Positions 62,821 to 64,000 of a stretch of 64,000 nucleotides of DNA are shown here, piece by piece. The stretch is from an uncultured delta proteobacterium (GTDB taxonomy: Bacteria; Desulfobacterota; Syntrophobacteria; Syntrophobacterales; Syntrophobacteraceae), in assembly GCA_963808625.1 (NCBI GenBank), contig CAWEHK010000035.1, forward strand, positions 32,001 to 96,000. The letters are read 5' to 3'. Every line of letters starts with the position of its first letter. The stretch's first letter is position 1. The position numbers and the translations under genes are program-made. The notes beneath the pieces were generated by a model. That model worked only from the letters and a program-made list of their open reading frames with translations. It made no database searches and was not told the DNA's origin.

Positions 62821-64000
62821 ATGAAGCCTCACGCCTTTATCGCCATGCCTTTTGGCTCCAAGCCGGATGCTTCCGGCCAGATCATCGACTTCAACCGCGT
62901 CTATACCGAGTACCTCAAACCGTCGCTGGAAGCAGCGGGGCTGGAGGTCTTTCGCGCCGACGAGGAACAGCGCGCCGGCGATATCCGCATCGATATGTTC
63001 CAGGAACTGCTGGTGGCAGACCTGGTGGTGGCAGACCTGACGCTTGAAAACCCCAATGTTTGGTACGAACTTGGGGTGCGCCATGCGTTGCGCGCTCGGG
63101 GAGTGGTGCTGGTGTGCGGCGGACGGACGACGACCGCCTTCGATCTCTACACCGATCGTAAGCTGCGCTATGGCATAGCAAGTGGGGGGCCAGATCCTGA
63201 AACGCTGCAAGAAGATCAGCGCAAGCTTACCGAGATGGTGAAGGCGACTATGGAGTCATGGTATGGTCGCAAGCTGAGCCCGGTCTACAACCTGATGCCC
63301 AACCTGCAGGAACCGGACTGGAAGTCGTTGCGCATCGGCGACGTGCGCGAATTCTGGGAGCAGCATGACGCCTGGGAGAAGCGGATCAATCTGGCCCGCA
63401 AGGGTGGGCGCATTGGCGACCTGCTGGTCCTGGCCGATGAGGCGCCGGTGGCCGCCTTTCGCGCCGAGGCATGGATCAAGGCCGGTGAAGCCTTGCGCAA
63501 GGTGGAACGTTTTGACTTCGCACTGGAGCAGCTTGAACGAGGTCTGGCGATCGAACCGCACAACCTCAAGGGTCTGCATGAAAAGGGCATTTGCCTGCAA
63601 CGGCTCGCGTTGACAGGCAGTCCCGCGTATTCTTTGGATCGCGCCCGCGAGCATTACCGCAAGGTGCTGGAAGAGTATCCCAATGATCCGGAGACCTGGG
63701 CGTTGCTCGGTCGTGTGGACAAGGATGCCTGGATAGCATCCTGGCGGCAGCCCGGCAATTCGCCTGAAAAGATGCGCGATGAAGCCGGCTATGAAGATGC
63801 CCTGCTCAGGGGGGCCATTGAGAGCTACGCCCAGGGCTACCGCCGTAACCCCGGTCATTACTACTCGGGTATCAATGCCCTGACCCTGATGCATCTGTCA
63901 CCGCGATCTCACAGGCGATACCCGGTACGACCGGGAGATGACCACCATGGCCGGCGCAGTGCGTTTTGCGGCTGAATCTGAGCAGGATCCGGATCTGCAT
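62821..64000 (+). CDS. DRHyd/nucleoside deoxyribosyltransferase-like + TPR-S (DUF4071/MAP3K TRAF-binding-like) protein; frameshift near 63900, probably continues past the window
   Basis: AFIAMPFGSK...IDFNRVY, FRADEE..AGDI..DMFQEL..ADLVVADLT..NPNVWYELGVRHALR, then TPRs, ETWALLGRVDKD and YYSGINA. Confidence 0.8.

Overview
GC-rich bacterial chromosome segment. Gene content (B12-dependent ribonucleotide reductase, acyl-CoA/CoA-transferase cluster, IHF paralogue, dense palindromic repeats) suggests an anaerobic Desulfobacterota/syntroph-like organism (inference). Many housekeeping genes are split by single-base frameshifts, probably assembly errors. From left to right: a GH19-type muramidase gene with an upstream attC-like hairpin; nrdJ; a large MscS-family channel; a Cache protein; a CusRS-like two-component pair; a SHOCT/YidD-like/TPR group; DUF1786; a PpiC-type foldase; DUF4301; a speE-like gene. 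A decayed mobile region (about 18.7-29.0 kb) follows, centred on a tRNA-Ala(GGC) 3' fragment (att site), with a truncated tyrosine integrase and three IS elements. Next come a flavoprotein disulfide reductase, nitroreductase and type III methyltransferase remnants, an operon of a giant membrane protein, kinase, DOMON-like protein and glgP, and ndk. A 16.5-kb branched-chain acyl-CoA (isovalerate/leucine-type) catabolic cluster and a DRHyd/TPR-S (DUF4071) gene at the right edge close the window. The most striking item is an IS21-family element whose DDE transposase (IstA) is fused in frame to a DnaG-type primase (zinc-ribbon-like, core and TOPRIM regions) and is followed by the IstB AAA+ ATPase, i.e. 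an insertion sequence that appears to carry its own primase. All family calls come from motif recognition by eye; no database searches were run.
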